Shown here one piece after another: positions 37,301 to 48,708 of a DNA stretch of 64,000 nucleotides. A program made the translations under genes and the position numbers. This DNA comes from Zancudomyces culisetae HAW-14-8 (Eukaryota > Fungi > Kickxellomycota). The stretch spans positions 1,426,001-1,490,000 of the forward strand of contig JBNJNM010000012.1 of assembly GCA_052426225.1 (NCBI GenBank), written 5' to 3'. The notes beneath the pieces are model-generated. The model saw nothing but the letters and a program-made list of their open reading frames with translations, searched no databases and had not been told where the DNA came from. Each line of letters begins with the position of its first letter. Position 1 is the stretch's first letter.

Positions 37301-40300
37301 CATGATTCTATACTGGTAGTGGTTATACCCACCACTAACCATCTCAGGATGCTTGTAATACCTGTGATCGTGAAGCCATGCGTCTGTATACGGGTCAGCC
37401 ATAGCAGATAATGCTAGCCTGGGGTCTGAAACAAGCCCTGCACATACAAACGATAGTTGCAACGGAAAAAGGTTTGTCAGATCCGTTCCAAGATAGTTTC
37501 CCTCAACTACGGTTTTGAAATCCACGCCTACATGGGTAAAGTCCTTTATATCAAATATCTCTCCTCTAATCGAAATAAGTGCATTTGACGCTGTATTGTG
37601 GCCTTTGAGTTCCTCAAGTGTCAATGAACTTTGCTTGGGGCATATTAATATTCCAAGCACAGCTATCCAGAACACCGCCATACAACAACACAAAAAAATA
37701 AAAACGCAAAGAGTAACTTTTTCTCGCCATGAGATGACTTGCTCTTCTAACCTAAAGTTGCTAAAATACTTGATAACGGGCGATGGAATCCACCATGTGG
37801 TAAACCAGACCACAAACAACCAGTATTTTCTAGTTTTGGTAAGCTTGGCTTCCGTAGTGATGTTCTTTTCCAGAGCACCCACCTTCCCATGGGTTGCGTT
37901 TTGGTCATTACATAATTGTTTTGGTTTTCCAAAGCTGTTTGCACTGTCGCTGTGGTTAGCCCCACCACCACCATAGAATTCGTGTACCTTGCTGTCACTG
38001 TTGAGTTTCAACTCCGGGTCTTTTTGATTATACCCATCATATTCATCATACTCCATAATATTGCTATTGTTGTCGACAACCCCGTAGTATAGATACGTCA
38101 GCTCTTTAATCACGCTATCGTGTCTCTCATCAATATCGCACAAGCGGTCATTATCATCTTGACTGTTTACAGAAAGTGCGCATTCAATCGGGATATCGGT
38201 ACCTTGAGTATGCAACGCAAACGCAGACGCATTTAACCTTTCCCTTGAAAAATGGTCCATCTCTAGCCTTTTCCAGAGCTCAAAGCTGTAAAAACACTTT
38301 GTTTTTCCAACTACATATTCCGATTTTTTCCACTGCAATTTGGTTCCCATCTCAATGCACTTATCGCGGCTGGTTTTTCCAAGAAAATGTATATTCTTGA
38401 TTTCAGGAATATCGCTATACCTGTGGAAAAAAGCGTCATGCTTCAAATTGATGGAAAGGTCAACTGACTTTTTCTGTGCAATAGCCTCTAGTCCAAAACA
38501 CTTGACTTGTTGCAAAACATACTCAAAATCAAAAGATACAGGTGACTTCTGTCTGTTTGGATTTAGTGAAATAACAAACCATACTTTTGTTTTGTCAATA
38601 TGTGATATGGTGTTGGCTAACCATCCTTGAAACATTGCCAAGTTGGTTCTCAGTTCACCATCCGTTTTTAAAGAAAGTTCTTCTTTCGATTTCTCGGTCC
38701 CCAAAGCCGGGGAAATTGAATCAAGTGTTTGCATCGCGTCTACGGGAAACGAACCGCGTACATGAGTGTCTCTAGTTCTAATGTAACGTTGACCAAAAAG
38801 CTGCCTTATAAATGGATTAACAGAGCCGTTATAATACTCTGGCTTTTTGTGGTATGCACCTAAATCTAGGTGGAATGTGTCTGAACTTGGGTTATGTACT
38901 GGAAATCCCCTAAATATGTTGACAACGTCTATTCCTAATGCATCGTAGTTTTCTCTCGAAAACCCATTTACGCAATATATTACTGGTTTAACAAAATGGT
39001 TGATTTGAAAAGATAGGTTGTTTTTCTTGGGCTGAGTATACACTATACCCTCCCTATCTAGTGAACCACAAACGTGGCTTAACTGGTCCAGTATCGCTAT
39101 ATCCAGGTCAGGATTATTGGCTATGTGATACTGTGGGTCAAAATCCATCTGATGCGTATCGCTGACCACATTATCAATTACTGAAAACAATCCCACAGAT
39201 GGCTTCATAAACATATCTAGAATGCGTGTATTATCTAGGTACTCGGCGATTTTTGTGTATTCTCTCACGCCCTCAAGCTCGTACTCATCGTTTCCCAAAA
39301 CAAAGGTTCTGTAGTTCATAAAATGAAACATCCTCTCGTTTGTGTAATTGACCAATAGCTGGCTGTAAGAGTTTTGATGACACTGGTTGAAACCTGGGAA
39401 ATCGAATAGGCTCAAGTTGATGCTTTCCTCACGTGATTCAATGTTTCGATTCATCTTATCCACCAGATAGTAAACTAAAAGACTGTATAAATATCTTGAC
39501 AAGTTGTTGATTCTCTCATACGCCATTTCTAGGGTTAGAAACACTGTGCATAGCTCCAATCCAACTTTTACAGTTTTGTATTTTATAACCGAAAGAAAAT
39601 TGCCAATATCGACTCCCAACATCAATGCTGTCCTCTCAAACAGCTCAACAGACTTTACATAGATTTCTGCATTATCAGAGTGAGAGTATACCTTTTGTGC
39701 TCCAAGCTGAATATTTCCTAGATTTAAAATCGATACTAGCACTTTGAAGATTTCGGTCTGATAAATTTCGCCAAAACCGACATTTAACAGTGCCTTTTTT
39801 ATATCCTGGAGTTGCGTATGGTTGTTGACATCCACCACTCTCGACTTTAGCCCGGGTTTATTTAAATATTTATAATGTGAAGAGCTTCCTAGTAGCCCAT
39901 ACTTTACCCTCTCTTGCTCTGAACAACCATCTATCAAATAGTAGAAAATATGGAAATTTCGCTCATGGATTACCTCGCTGTCGATTCTTTGAAGATCAAT
40001 GGCATAAATGCCTATTTTACCACCCGCGATAATTCCTTGGCCATTGTACTGTAGTACTAAACAACTCATAATCCTGGTTGCATTGGCATGTGTGCTAGTT
40101 TTAGCACTACTAAACACCTCCACCACATAATCAGCGTCTACAATTCGCTCATACATTGCGGTGTCCCGTTTACTTTGCCATCTAACCAACGAAAGCGCTT
40201 TTAATGCCATTCGTCTGTTTTCTGTCTTTCCCGAACCTGACTCACCTATAAACACTATTGACTGCCCAACGCTTGTTCGTCTCAGATAAAAATACGCGTT

Positions 40301-40612
40301 TATTGTAAGTTCATAAATGTGTGGATTCCTGTTTGAGCTGGTTTGGCGGCCACCCCTAAAGTTACCAATATCGCTGCAATATTTTCCAGCACTTTGATTA
40401 GGTCTTCGGTATGCTTCGATATACAACATTAATTCATTGTCGCTATTGATTGAAAGCTCTTGGAATGGGTTTATCGAGACTAGAAAGTTACTCCCGATCC
40501 GAACATATGGATTAGGCTTGTTCGGGTTCTTATAGTTCTGTTCAAGGGCTACCGTAACCGCATCGCCTGTAGGCGTATTCTCTAGAGCCAGTAGCGATAA
40601 GTCCAGTAGCAT
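34379..40612 (-). CDS. Second myosin-motor chitin synthase (class V/VII group), 2077 aa
   Basis: P-loop GESGSGKT, ERNFHIFY, DFPGF; CHS motifs GKRDSQ, VDADT, LGEDRYLTT, QRRRW; DEK-C-like tail (IDEILRTEDLEKVTKRQIR). Confidence 0.97.
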   Translation of the reverse strand: MLLDLSLLALENTPTGDAVTVALEQNYKNPNKPNPYVRIGSNFLVSINPFQELSINSDNELMLYIEAYRRPNQSAGKYCSDIGNFRGGRQTSSNRNPHIYELTINAYFYLRRTSVGQSIVFIGESGSGKTENRRMALKALSLVRWQSKRDTAMYERIVDADYVVEVFSSAKTSTHANATRIMSCLVLQYNGQGIIAGGKIGIYAIDLQRIDSEVIHERNFHIFYYLIDGCSEQERVKYGLLGSSSHYKYLNKPGLKSRVVDVNNHTQLQDIKKALLNVGFGEIYQTEIFKVLVSILNLGNIQLGAQKVYSHSDNAEIYVKSVELFERTALMLGVDIGNFLSVIKYKTVKVGLELCTVFLTLEMAYERINNLSRYLYSLLVYYLVDKMNRNIESREESINLSLFDFPGFNQCHQNSYSQLLVNYTNERMFHFMNYRTFVLGNDEYELEGVREYTKIAEYLDNTRILDMFMKPSVGLFSVIDNVVSDTHQMDFDPQYHIANNPDLDIAILDQLSHVCGSLDREGIVYTQPKKNNLSFQINHFVKPVIYCVNGFSRENYDALGIDVVNIFRGFPVHNPSSDTFHLDLGAYHKKPEYYNGSVNPFIRQLFGQRYIRTRDTHVRGSFPVDAMQTLDSISPALGTEKSKEELSLKTDGELRTNLAMFQGWLANTISHIDKTKVWFVISLNPNRQKSPVSFDFEYVLQQVKCFGLEAIAQKKSVDLSINLKHDAFFHRYSDIPEIKNIHFLGKTSRDKCIEMGTKLQWKKSEYVVGKTKCFYSFELWKRLEMDHFSRERLNASAFALHTQGTDIPIECALSVNSQDDNDRLCDIDERHDSVIKELTYLYYGVVDNNSNIMEYDEYDGYNQKDPELKLNSDSKVHEFYGGGGANHSDSANSFGKPKQLCNDQNATHGKVGALEKNITTEAKLTKTRKYWLFVVWFTTWWIPSPVIKYFSNFRLEEQVISWREKVTLCVFIFLCCCMAVFWIAVLGILICPKQSSLTLEELKGHNTASNALISIRGEIFDIKDFTHVGVDFKTVVEGNYLGTDLTNLFPLQLSFVCAGLVSDPRLALSAMADPYTDAWLHDHRYYKHPEMVSGGYNHYQYRIMRMLRNLYSRGQVSIDPKKIQKMGKGTDKGEKRYWAVINQQVFDLTDYINYNGAPYVLSPPGVSNQTASREFLDENVKNMFQVYSGMDITERWDRYFRKNKKSQRLHYNCLRGAYYAGIVDHRTSFQCYFANYVLLASSVALASVILFKFLAALQLSPRRDPEEHSNFVVCNIPCYTEGEESLRLTIDSIATLKYDDKRKLLFIICDGLVMGTGNDRPTPRIVLDILNSNHNNNHGHNQDYDTNSFDYISLGEGFKKHNKGKVFSGLYQVSGHVVPYLVVVKHGNKQEHIKQGNRGKRDSQIILMNFFNRVHFNLKMTPLELEIYHQIKNVIGVDPAYYEFVMMVDADTYVYPESLNRMVSCMVHDSKLMGLCGETMLANEKATWVTMIQVYEYYISHHLSKAFESLFGSVTCLPGCFSMYRLRTPETNQPLLISNQIIQEYSESKVDTLHKKNLLSLGEDRYLTTLMLKHLPYNKTKFTPDAQCRTNAPDSWQVLLSQRRRWINSTVHNMFELVFLPRLCGFCCFSMRFVVLVDLLSTLIMPATVVYLGYILYLLFTSTSQVPMVSVCLMAAIYSLQALLFIIKKQWQNIGWMIVYIFAIPVFSFFIPIYSFWHFDDFSWGNTRVVLGDSGNNKVETSPNQNEYDQVNIPLKSWDEHCIIRLAENDADITKRSSSRGPIPSNSPTIKTDEYQQQRKRQILESSNFHLNGGVNQLGLRSKSIGTGSVVLHRVQNIMGNAASPQPNPNRANSEILYGLQRVSNQYNNYTNKIRMRPAGGIHFFENTEGMLIQNNSSFGNIKSAGHEMVQTRNLDKMTDVFYSNSGGQVRKGINQYKEARQEEKKEDEVYTNNYSIPSNLSMYPSHIVTSYSQYVPSIRVGTSEQNIKYIRSSPRSGILSPSVYGRGVVHQQRNGWMMMENAIDEILRTEDLEKVTKRQIREILWRRYGFDREEMERNREIVNGVVERVLEDKVRG

Positions 40613-41790
40613 TTTGTTATTTATTTTTTCCTAGAGTAGAGATGGTATAGATATATATACCCATGAATTTTCTTTACTTTTTTTTTAAAGAAGTAAAAAT
40701 GACATTCAACCAAGTAGCTCATGTAACGATTGTAACCAGCATTGCTTATACTTGTACAAAAAGAAGTTATGTGATATAAAGAAGGGGGGAGATAGTTCAG
40801 TGGTCTTCTGTCATTCGTAGAGATTTATCTTTACTGATGAACCTCTACTGTGTATCGAGCTGTCACTTGGTAAAACCTAAACTTAATTATAATCACAAAA
40901 TTCAGTAAATATTGTTTTCATATTTAATATTTCTTGAGAATATTGGGTGTGAAATACTTGTATTAATGTTCAAAAGAAATATATATTGCTGCTTACACCA
41001 AGTGAGTACTTGATTTTAGTTTTATGATTCATTCGGTACTCACAAAAGTACTTTGCTGAAGGATGTAGAATTAAGATACTTTGGGAATTACTTAAATTGG
41101 AGCTCGTGTTTATATAGCTGAGGGGTAATGAACTCGCCTCTGCCTCTGCATTATTAAATGAAACAAAACCGCAATAATAAAATGAACCACATGTTCAAGT
41201 ACACTAATTCACTTTGTGTAAAAACATATTAAAACGTTTTGCTTTAATTCACGACCACGCAATGGCAGTTGACTATTTCTGGTATATAAGCAAGATTCGG
41301 AATAGTTATAATTTTTTAATGAAGAAATTATATCATACACCGTAACTCATAAGATTCAGAGTTTAATACACATAGTTATACTAGTGGTGGAAGAGATCTT
41401 TGGAGCTGAGTTTCAGTTATGAAGCACTTACTAGCGATGGCCTGTAGATTAAATCACATCAACTAAAAAATTACCAGTTTATTAAAGCTGTGTTGTTCTG
41501 TATTGGGTTTACTTTTCACTAGAATATACTACATTGAGCAGATTCTTGCAAAGTAAAAAAAATAATTGTGATGCAAGGCGAAATTCGCATTTTAGAAAAG
41601 TTCTTAAACGTGAAACAAATGATTAGACTTGAATAAAGACAATGAAATCATAGCAGAAAATTCTAACAGATATATGAGAGAATAAATGTAATTTTTATAA
41701 GAGGGAAAAAGAGTAAAAATAAAAGATAGAAGATAGAAGATATAAGATGGGGGTATATAAGGTACAAAACAGTCTAAAGAAAAAATGCGA

Positions 41791-44064
41791 TCAAAATGTC
41801 AGCAAGATTTCTGCATAGCTTGGCATAGGCCAGTCGACATCTGGGGTCATCGATTCCAACAGGTCGCAGTGAGAACGAACCTCGAGCAGGTCAAAGTAGA
41901 GGAGTCTGCGAGCCTTTTCAGCGGCAGATTCGGCAGTTCCAGACTTGTGTTCAGCCTCAACCTCAGAAATGTGAGCAGCAAGACGATCGTTGGCCTCAAC
42001 CAGTTTTCTAAGAGTAGGAGAAATTCGGTCAATTATCAACTTTTCGGTGAAGAAGTCCGCAGAAATGGACATGAGGGCGAGCGCAGAGGACGAAAGTTTG
42101 GAACGATATGAACAGATTGCGGGTAAAATTTGCTGAGAAACAATTGAATAGAGAGTGTTTGACTCGATGAGAAGGTCGTTGGTGTAGCGCTCGTTAAGGA
42201 TATGAAAACGTGATTCCAGTTCGGATGGCGTAAATATGCGAAGAGTATAGGTAAGAAGTGTTTTGATCTTATGTGTTTTGAGAGAAAGGTAAGACGAGGG
42301 GCAGTCAGGAGCGTTGAATAGTCCACGAGATGCAGCAGTTTCGACCCAGGACGATGAGTAGCTGTCCCCTTCAAAGCGGATTGGTCTTGTGATGTTGATA
42401 TACTTGCGGATGACGGAGAGTTTATCTTCAGCAGTAAGTTTTGGCTTGGAGCCAAGTGCGGCTTTAAGATCAGCAGTAATTTCTTTGAGCGCAGCTGAAA
42501 CCGCAGCATTAATCGCAGCAACAAAAAACGAAGGTGACTGGTTGGCACCAAGGGCACGAAACTCAAGCTTGTCTCCAGTGAAGGCTACAGGGGAAGTTCT
42601 GTTACGATCAGCCAAATCGCGGGGAATGGTAGGTAAAGGAGTAACTTTGAGGTCTACAAGAGTACCACCAACGCGAATAGATTGGAATTGGGGCACTGAA
42701 AAGTTCTTGAGAGGCCTCCGTTCTTCAAGTGCATTAAGAACTTCAGACAGCTGGTCACCCAAAAAGATAGAGGTGATCGCTGGTGGAGCCTCGGCTGCCC
42801 CCAATCGATGCTCACTGCCTGACGTGGCTATAGCCACACGAAGCAAGGATGCATAGTCGTATATACCTTTTAACACAGCCATCAACATCAACAAGAAGCG
42901 ATAATTGTTTTCGGGTCGCACAGTTGGGTCCAACAAGTTTTCACCGCGGTCAGTCGACAGCGACCAGTTAACGTGTTTTCCCGACCCGTTGACTCCCTTA
43001 AAAGGCTTACTATGATATAATACCTTCAACCCGTTCCGATATGCGGCTTTGTGTAGCAAATCCATAGTCAACAAATTGTGGTCTACTGCGAGTGATGCCT
43101 CTTCAAATACTGGTGCAATCTCAAATTGAGCTGGACTGGCTTCGTTGTGCCTTGTTTTTAAAGGAATACCCAGTTTGAGTGCATCCATTTCTACATCGCT
43201 CAATGTTTTCAGTACACGCGCCGGAATTTTTCCAAAGTAGTGGTCTTCTAGCTGCTGGTGTCTTGGTGGCAGTTTTCCCACAAGTGTTCTTCCCGTAATC
43301 TTTAGATCATTCCTCAATGTGTACATGCCTCTATCCACCAAAAAAAACTCTTGCTCGAGTCCAATCGTACTTGTAACCTGTCCAACACGGTGATGTGGCT
43401 CTAGTATTTCTAAAAACTCTTTTGTGGCTTTTGAAATAACCTCTGTTGACCTGAGCAAAATTGTCTTTTCGTCCAATGCCTCGCCATTATATGAAATAAA
43501 CACAGATGGGATATACAGCACCATAGTTCCGTTTGGTCCTTCCTGGATAAACATTGGGCTTGAAGTATCCCAGATCGTGTATCCACGAGCCTCAAATGTC
43601 GATCGCATCCCGCCTGTTGGAAAGCTCGAAGCGTCTGGTTCCGACTGCAGTAGCTGTGAGCCCGACAGCGCGTCAAGCGCAAAGCTCTCGTCTCCTCCTT
43701 GCATATAAGTGTTTACCATTACCAAAAATGCATCATGTTTTTCGGCTGTTGTTCCTGTTTGCGGTTGGAACCAGTGAGTGAAATGTGTTGCACCCCTGTC
43801 CATCGCCCATACCCTTGCAGCATGAGCTATTGCATCAGCTGTTATTTGATCTAGTTTACTTTTTCCGCGTCTTTGTTTTAAGAAATTTGAGAATGTCGAT
43901 TTTGGCAGACTCCTTGCCATCTGTTTGAACGAAAACACATTCTCCCCAAATAGCTCTGACGAGTATACTGCTCTTCCCTTTTCATTCCTTGGCCACTGAT
44001 TTCCCTTGTCTTCAATTTTTGAGGCCGATTTAAGCATTATTTCTTTTCTAATTGGATAAGCCAT
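41791..44064 (-). CDS. Glutamine synthetase type III (757 aa)
   Basis: GSIII signatures FGENVF, GATHFTHWFQP, AEKHDAF, EPDASSFP, FEARGYTIWD, GLEQEFFLVD, TRHNE, GVNGSGKH, HRLGA.EAPP, DRNRTSP. Confidence 0.95.
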   Translation of the reverse strand: MAYPIRKEIMLKSASKIEDKGNQWPRNEKGRAVYSSELFGENVFSFKQMARSLPKSTFSNFLKQRRGKSKLDQITADAIAHAARVWAMDRGATHFTHWFQPQTGTTAEKHDAFLVMVNTYMQGGDESFALDALSGSQLLQSEPDASSFPTGGMRSTFEARGYTIWDTSSPMFIQEGPNGTMVLYIPSVFISYNGEALDEKTILLRSTEVISKATKEFLEILEPHHRVGQVTSTIGLEQEFFLVDRGMYTLRNDLKITGRTLVGKLPPRHQQLEDHYFGKIPARVLKTLSDVEMDALKLGIPLKTRHNEASPAQFEIAPVFEEASLAVDHNLLTMDLLHKAAYRNGLKVLYHSKPFKGVNGSGKHVNWSLSTDRGENLLDPTVRPENNYRFLLMLMAVLKGIYDYASLLRVAIATSGSEHRLGAAEAPPAITSIFLGDQLSEVLNALEERRPLKNFSVPQFQSIRVGGTLVDLKVTPLPTIPRDLADRNRTSPVAFTGDKLEFRALGANQSPSFFVAAINAAVSAALKEITADLKAALGSKPKLTAEDKLSVIRKYINITRPIRFEGDSYSSSWVETAASRGLFNAPDCPSSYLSLKTHKIKTLLTYTLRIFTPSELESRFHILNERYTNDLLIESNTLYSIVSQQILPAICSYRSKLSSSALALMSISADFFTEKLIIDRISPTLRKLVEANDRLAAHISEVEAEHKSGTAESAAEKARRLLYFDLLEVRSHCDLLESMTPDVDWPMPSYAEILLTF

Positions 44065-44727
44065 TTTTCAATCAAAGCTTTTAAAAAATTTCTAAATCGA
44101 AAATTCGTAATATATAATTGTTGAATTATGCCTCTGCCATTCATCCAAAGTTAACCAGTGTGTTTAGGGATGTTATGATCAAGGTTTAGTGGAAATCTAT
44201 GACAGGCGATATATTTTTTGGGGTTAGGAGTATCTACTAAAAATGGGAACATGTTTGGAAAAAAATGAGTAAGGTTGTTGTTCAAGTGCTGAGATCGAAA
44301 TTACGCCAGTTTACCAAATTATCGGCTATTTTATATTTACTGGCCAATTACTGCGTTGTGATGTACATCATGAGCGTCAGTACTAACAAAAAAGATTGCA
44401 GACCAAGAAATCTACCAAAAACAAAAAAAATCATTTCATTTTTAGTCTTGTCGCTTCCCCTGCTTGTTCGGATAATTAAAAAAAATCATTTGCGTTTAAA
44501 ACATCTGTTTAGGATTCTGAATATGTCCGACATTAACACACAGATGTTTACATTTTACACCTGAAAGATAACAATGAATAGCTATATATAGTTCTATTTT
44601 TGTGTATATTACCTACCTCTGATAAATCTACAAAAATCAGCACAATTTACTTCGATTAGGCTATAAAACCACCACGAAAAAACAATAGCTAGTAAATAGT
44701 AGATATAAAGTGGAAAGGGAGGAAAGT

Positions 44728-46614
44728 ATGGGCATAAAGGGTTTGATTCCGTTTATCAAGAAATTTGGACCCTCAGGGTTAAAACCAGTAACTATGGATT
44801 ACTTTGCTGGAAAAACCTTGGCGTTCGATATGAGCATTTACATGTATAAAATATTTCGGACGGCCTTGGAGCAAGGCAATTCCGACGACCGCCTGATGGC
44901 GGGAATGTATAGTTTCTATCGATATATTGACAAAATGGAGATAACGCCGATATTAGTCTTTGATAGCACGAAAAGAAACAAGATGAAAGGCGACACATTG
45001 GTAAGCCGAGCAAAATCCAAAGGGAGGACCAAAGAGGAACATGGCGAGGAGGTTGAACGGTGCAAAAGACTGCAGAATTTGAGCGAGTTGTCGGAATTGG
45101 TACTGGAATTTGTGAATATGGAGAATTTAAAAGAACTGGACAATCTTTCTCTGAAGCCGAAGGCTGATATGAATGATTTTATAGAAATATTAGAAAAAGA
45201 AACCAAAGGCATGGAGCTGGGTACAAAAAGGACCGAGAGTTTAGAGAGCAATGTCAAACATAATATGGTAGGAGATATAGAAGGTACCGAAAAGGAAGGT
45301 GATGAAGAGGAGAAGAAGAGACATTCGGATGAAATGAACGCCAAACAGCTTGGAATACTGCTGAAAATGAGATTGGCATACCAAAGAACGATAGAAGCGA
45401 ATGTTGTAGTAGAAAAGGACAAAATAAAACCCAGTAAAGTAAAAACCATCAAAACTGAGTATGATAAGGAGGAGCTGGCAGTTACAAAGCAACTGAAAGT
45501 ATTATGTACCAAGATATTTAAGTATTATCTAAATCCAACAGCTCAAAGTGAACAGAAGATAAAACACACGGAAACAGCAACAGCAACAGAAACAGCAACA
45601 GAAACAGCAACAGCAACAACAAAAACAAAAACAAAAACAAAAATCACAGGTACTGGGTTAAAAGGTGGAGGTAGTAATACTTCGAGGGCAAAGAAGCTGG
45701 ATTTGGATGATGCAAATAAAACAGTTAACCAGGTAGTAGTACGGCTCGAGGATTTGGCAATAAGAAATTACGAGCGGCTAGAGAAGCTTAAAGTACGGGT
45801 GGAGAATTTAGATTATGCAAAGCAAATGGAGTGTATGAAAATGGCTGAGGATATGGGGTATTATTGTATAGTGGCGCCCGAAGAAATAGAATCTGAACAT
45901 TTGTGTGCATATTTGACTACTAGAAAACGAGAAATAACAGCAAAGCGAACAGATAAGAGCAGTGATACAAATGTTAGTGGTGTAAAAGGTGGGGAAAGTG
46001 GTCATGATCCAGATAATGGGTTTTACGCATCGGGGGCAGCAAGTGAAGATACTGACGTTCTGGCGTTTGGCGGGAATGTTTTAGTCCGCAATTTTTCACA
46101 ATATAATGCTACTGTTGAATTGGTAGATAGAGCAGCAGTGCAGCGCGAGTTGGGAGTTACTTACCAACAATTTGTGGATATGTGTATATTATTTGGGTCT
46201 GATTTTACAGGAACGCTAAACAAAGTCGGACCAGTGAATGCATTGCGGCTCATTAAGGAGTATGGATCCATTGAGGATATCCTGAATAGTGACGACAAGC
46301 TAATAGTGAAATATAACAGCAAGATTACTCAAAACCCACACGATACTCTCACAGACTCAGCACCGAATTCCCAGCAACCGGGCCCACATAGCGAGGGATT
46401 CCAGGGATTTGACTACAAGCTGGTCCGAAAAATCTTTACATCAGAGCCTCAGCTTAGTATACAAACGTTTCAAAACATCCAGGACGCACTAGATAAATAT
46501 AGAAGGATTCCGACCGAGGAGAAGCAAAAGAAGTTTGAGCAAGTGGCGATTAAGTATGGAGTTGCAACCGACGCCAAGGAAAAAAGAGAAGTGTTTCGAG
46601 AGTTTGTTTTTTAA
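44728..46614 (+). CDS. XPG/FEN1 (Rad2) family nuclease with long internal insertion
   Basis: Starts MGIKGL at ATG 44728; FDMSIY, PILVFD, IESEHLCA, SEDTDVLAFG, FVDMCILFGSDF, H3TH VGPVNALRLIKEYGSIE. Confidence 0.9.
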   Translation: MGIKGLIPFIKKFGPSGLKPVTMDYFAGKTLAFDMSIYMYKIFRTALEQGNSDDRLMAGMYSFYRYIDKMEITPILVFDSTKRNKMKGDTLVSRAKSKGRTKEEHGEEVERCKRLQNLSELSELVLEFVNMENLKELDNLSLKPKADMNDFIEILEKETKGMELGTKRTESLESNVKHNMVGDIEGTEKEGDEEEKKRHSDEMNAKQLGILLKMRLAYQRTIEANVVVEKDKIKPSKVKTIKTEYDKEELAVTKQLKVLCTKIFKYYLNPTAQSEQKIKHTETATATETATETATATTKTKTKTKITGTGLKGGGSNTSRAKKLDLDDANKTVNQVVVRLEDLAIRNYERLEKLKVRVENLDYAKQMECMKMAEDMGYYCIVAPEEIESEHLCAYLTTRKREITAKRTDKSSDTNVSGVKGGESGHDPDNGFYASGAASEDTDVLAFGGNVLVRNFSQYNATVELVDRAAVQRELGVTYQQFVDMCILFGSDFTGTLNKVGPVNALRLIKEYGSIEDILNSDDKLIVKYNSKITQNPHDTLTDSAPNSQQPGPHSEGFQGFDYKLVRKIFTSEPQLSIQTFQNIQDALDKYRRIPTEEKQKKFEQVAIKYGVATDAKEKREVFREFVF

Positions 46615-46832
46615 CCATTGCGAGGCTGATGAAAAATGGTTTATATGAAATATTGGATTACTGTGTGAGGGGTGTGAGGGGGGAGGGGGGGGGGGGGGGG
46701 GGAAGGAGAGTTTGGTTTAGCTTTTTTTTTTTCTTATTTGATTATTAAATTCATAAAAGGAAAAGTTAGAAATTAAAAGAAAAAAAAGATAATAAACCAC
46801 ACCATATGCAAGTCCACAGTATGAGGAGAAGG

Positions 46833-48677
46833 TTATTCTTGAGCAAAACCAACAGTATTTTCAACAGCCATAGTGAGTTTTTGAATAAGAGTTTCATAGT
46901 CAGGATAAGGGGGAAGATCAATACGGTTGAAACAGGTATGGCTCTTGGGTAAGCTGTCGATGGTGCCAGCCTTCTCTATAGTAAACCTTCTGGGGCCATC
47001 ACTGCCCTGTAAATCTTTGAAGCCATTGACAGGGATGCGAGAGGTTCCGGTGGAAAATTGCAGGAGACGGACACGCTTTTCATCATCCATCTCACGCACG
47101 CACTTCCAGAACCATTGGATGACCTGGTCGGCCTCGGTATAACCTCTGTAGTCGGTGTGTTTTTTCCAGTCATCTACATCGGTTTCGGCTAGTCCACCAA
47201 TAAGCAGCTCAAGCTCGCGCTCATCAAAGACCTGGATGAGTTCGGGAGGAACCAGTTCGGAAAAGCCCTCCATAAACTTTTCGAATTGCGGCTCAATACG
47301 CTTGCAGATGCGGTATTGGACATTCAAGTCGACCCATTCGCGCTTATTTTCTTCGGTTACGGCAATGTCTTTGCCGCCTTCCTTGAGCTCAACTTCGACC
47401 ATTTCGCCAAATACGCAATCATCTATGGAGAAGGTAAAGCCCATGTCGGTGATGTCGTTTTCAAGGGTCCAAACCAGCGAGCGGTATATTTCATCGTCAA
47501 CAGACTGCATGTCTTCCAGAGTAATGGGCTTTTTAAGGATCATTTTGTAGAATGAAGACGTGAAAAAGGCATCGAGGAAGCGACGATGGAAAATGGCAAG
47601 ACCAACAGTGCGGCCAATAAATTTAAAGTAGTTGAGATGGTCAGGATTGATTGCGGATTTGGGACTAATCTGCAGCGAGTAAGTGTCGTGAGCGCTGTAT
47701 TCGAACAAACAGTACAGAGGATTAAACATTTCGTGGGAGAGAAGAAAGAAAAACTCTCTTGACACGCCACCGTAGTCCAAGCCGTCTTCTCCATCAAACT
47801 TAATCATCAGCCGTTTTTTGAGTTCGTTGACAGGACACGCTGCAATTTCCTTGAATGAATCTTCAAGCACGCTTCCACGAACAACCTTGATGTGAAACTG
47901 GCCTGGCACTGGTCGCATGGCTGGCTGTGAGCGGAAATATACGTATTTGCGTCTGAAATCTCGCTTGTATTGCGGCACCGACTGATCCAGGTTGCTAGGC
48001 ATCCGCGGATCGTCCCATGTCGTTGTCTTAGTGTTGTGGTCAACAAAATACACGCGGCCTTGCACCGTCAACCGCATCTCCCACCCCGACGGCAATGGCC
48101 CCAGCTGGCTTGCTGTCTGTCCTGCAATTCCTGCAACCATCGCTGCCCGGTTGCCATCTGGCGCCCTCATGTTTCGCAGCCGAGGATCGTCCCACGTCGT
48201 TGTCCGTGCAATGTGATTCAAAAAATACGACCGCCCCTCCGACGTAAATCGCTGCTCCCATCCTGCCGGAAGCGGTCCCAACCCACTTCTTGGCTCTGTT
48301 GCCGTGCTACTCGCTGCTACCGGTGTTGTTTGAGTCACTGCCATCGAGTCTGGAAGTATTCTGCTCATATGTCTCCGCCTCTCCTCTTCGCTATACCCGG
48401 TATTGGGAATCTCTGAGTTTTGCACTGGTCTCTTCCACGTAGTTGTTCGTGTGTTATGATCCACATAGTACACTCGCCCAAGATGGTCTGTTCGTTGCTC
48501 CCAACTACTCAATGTACATCCATGTTTTGCAATTAAAGTTTTTGCTTATCGCCAGAGTCAAATAAAAAAAAAACACTCGCTTCCGTCTTACTTACCCATG
48601 AGGCAACTCTTCTTGAGTGCTTGGTACCCCTTCCGTGGTTCCTGATGTCTGTGCAGCGCTAGCTGAGGACGACGATG

Positions 48678-48708
<31 letters not shown>

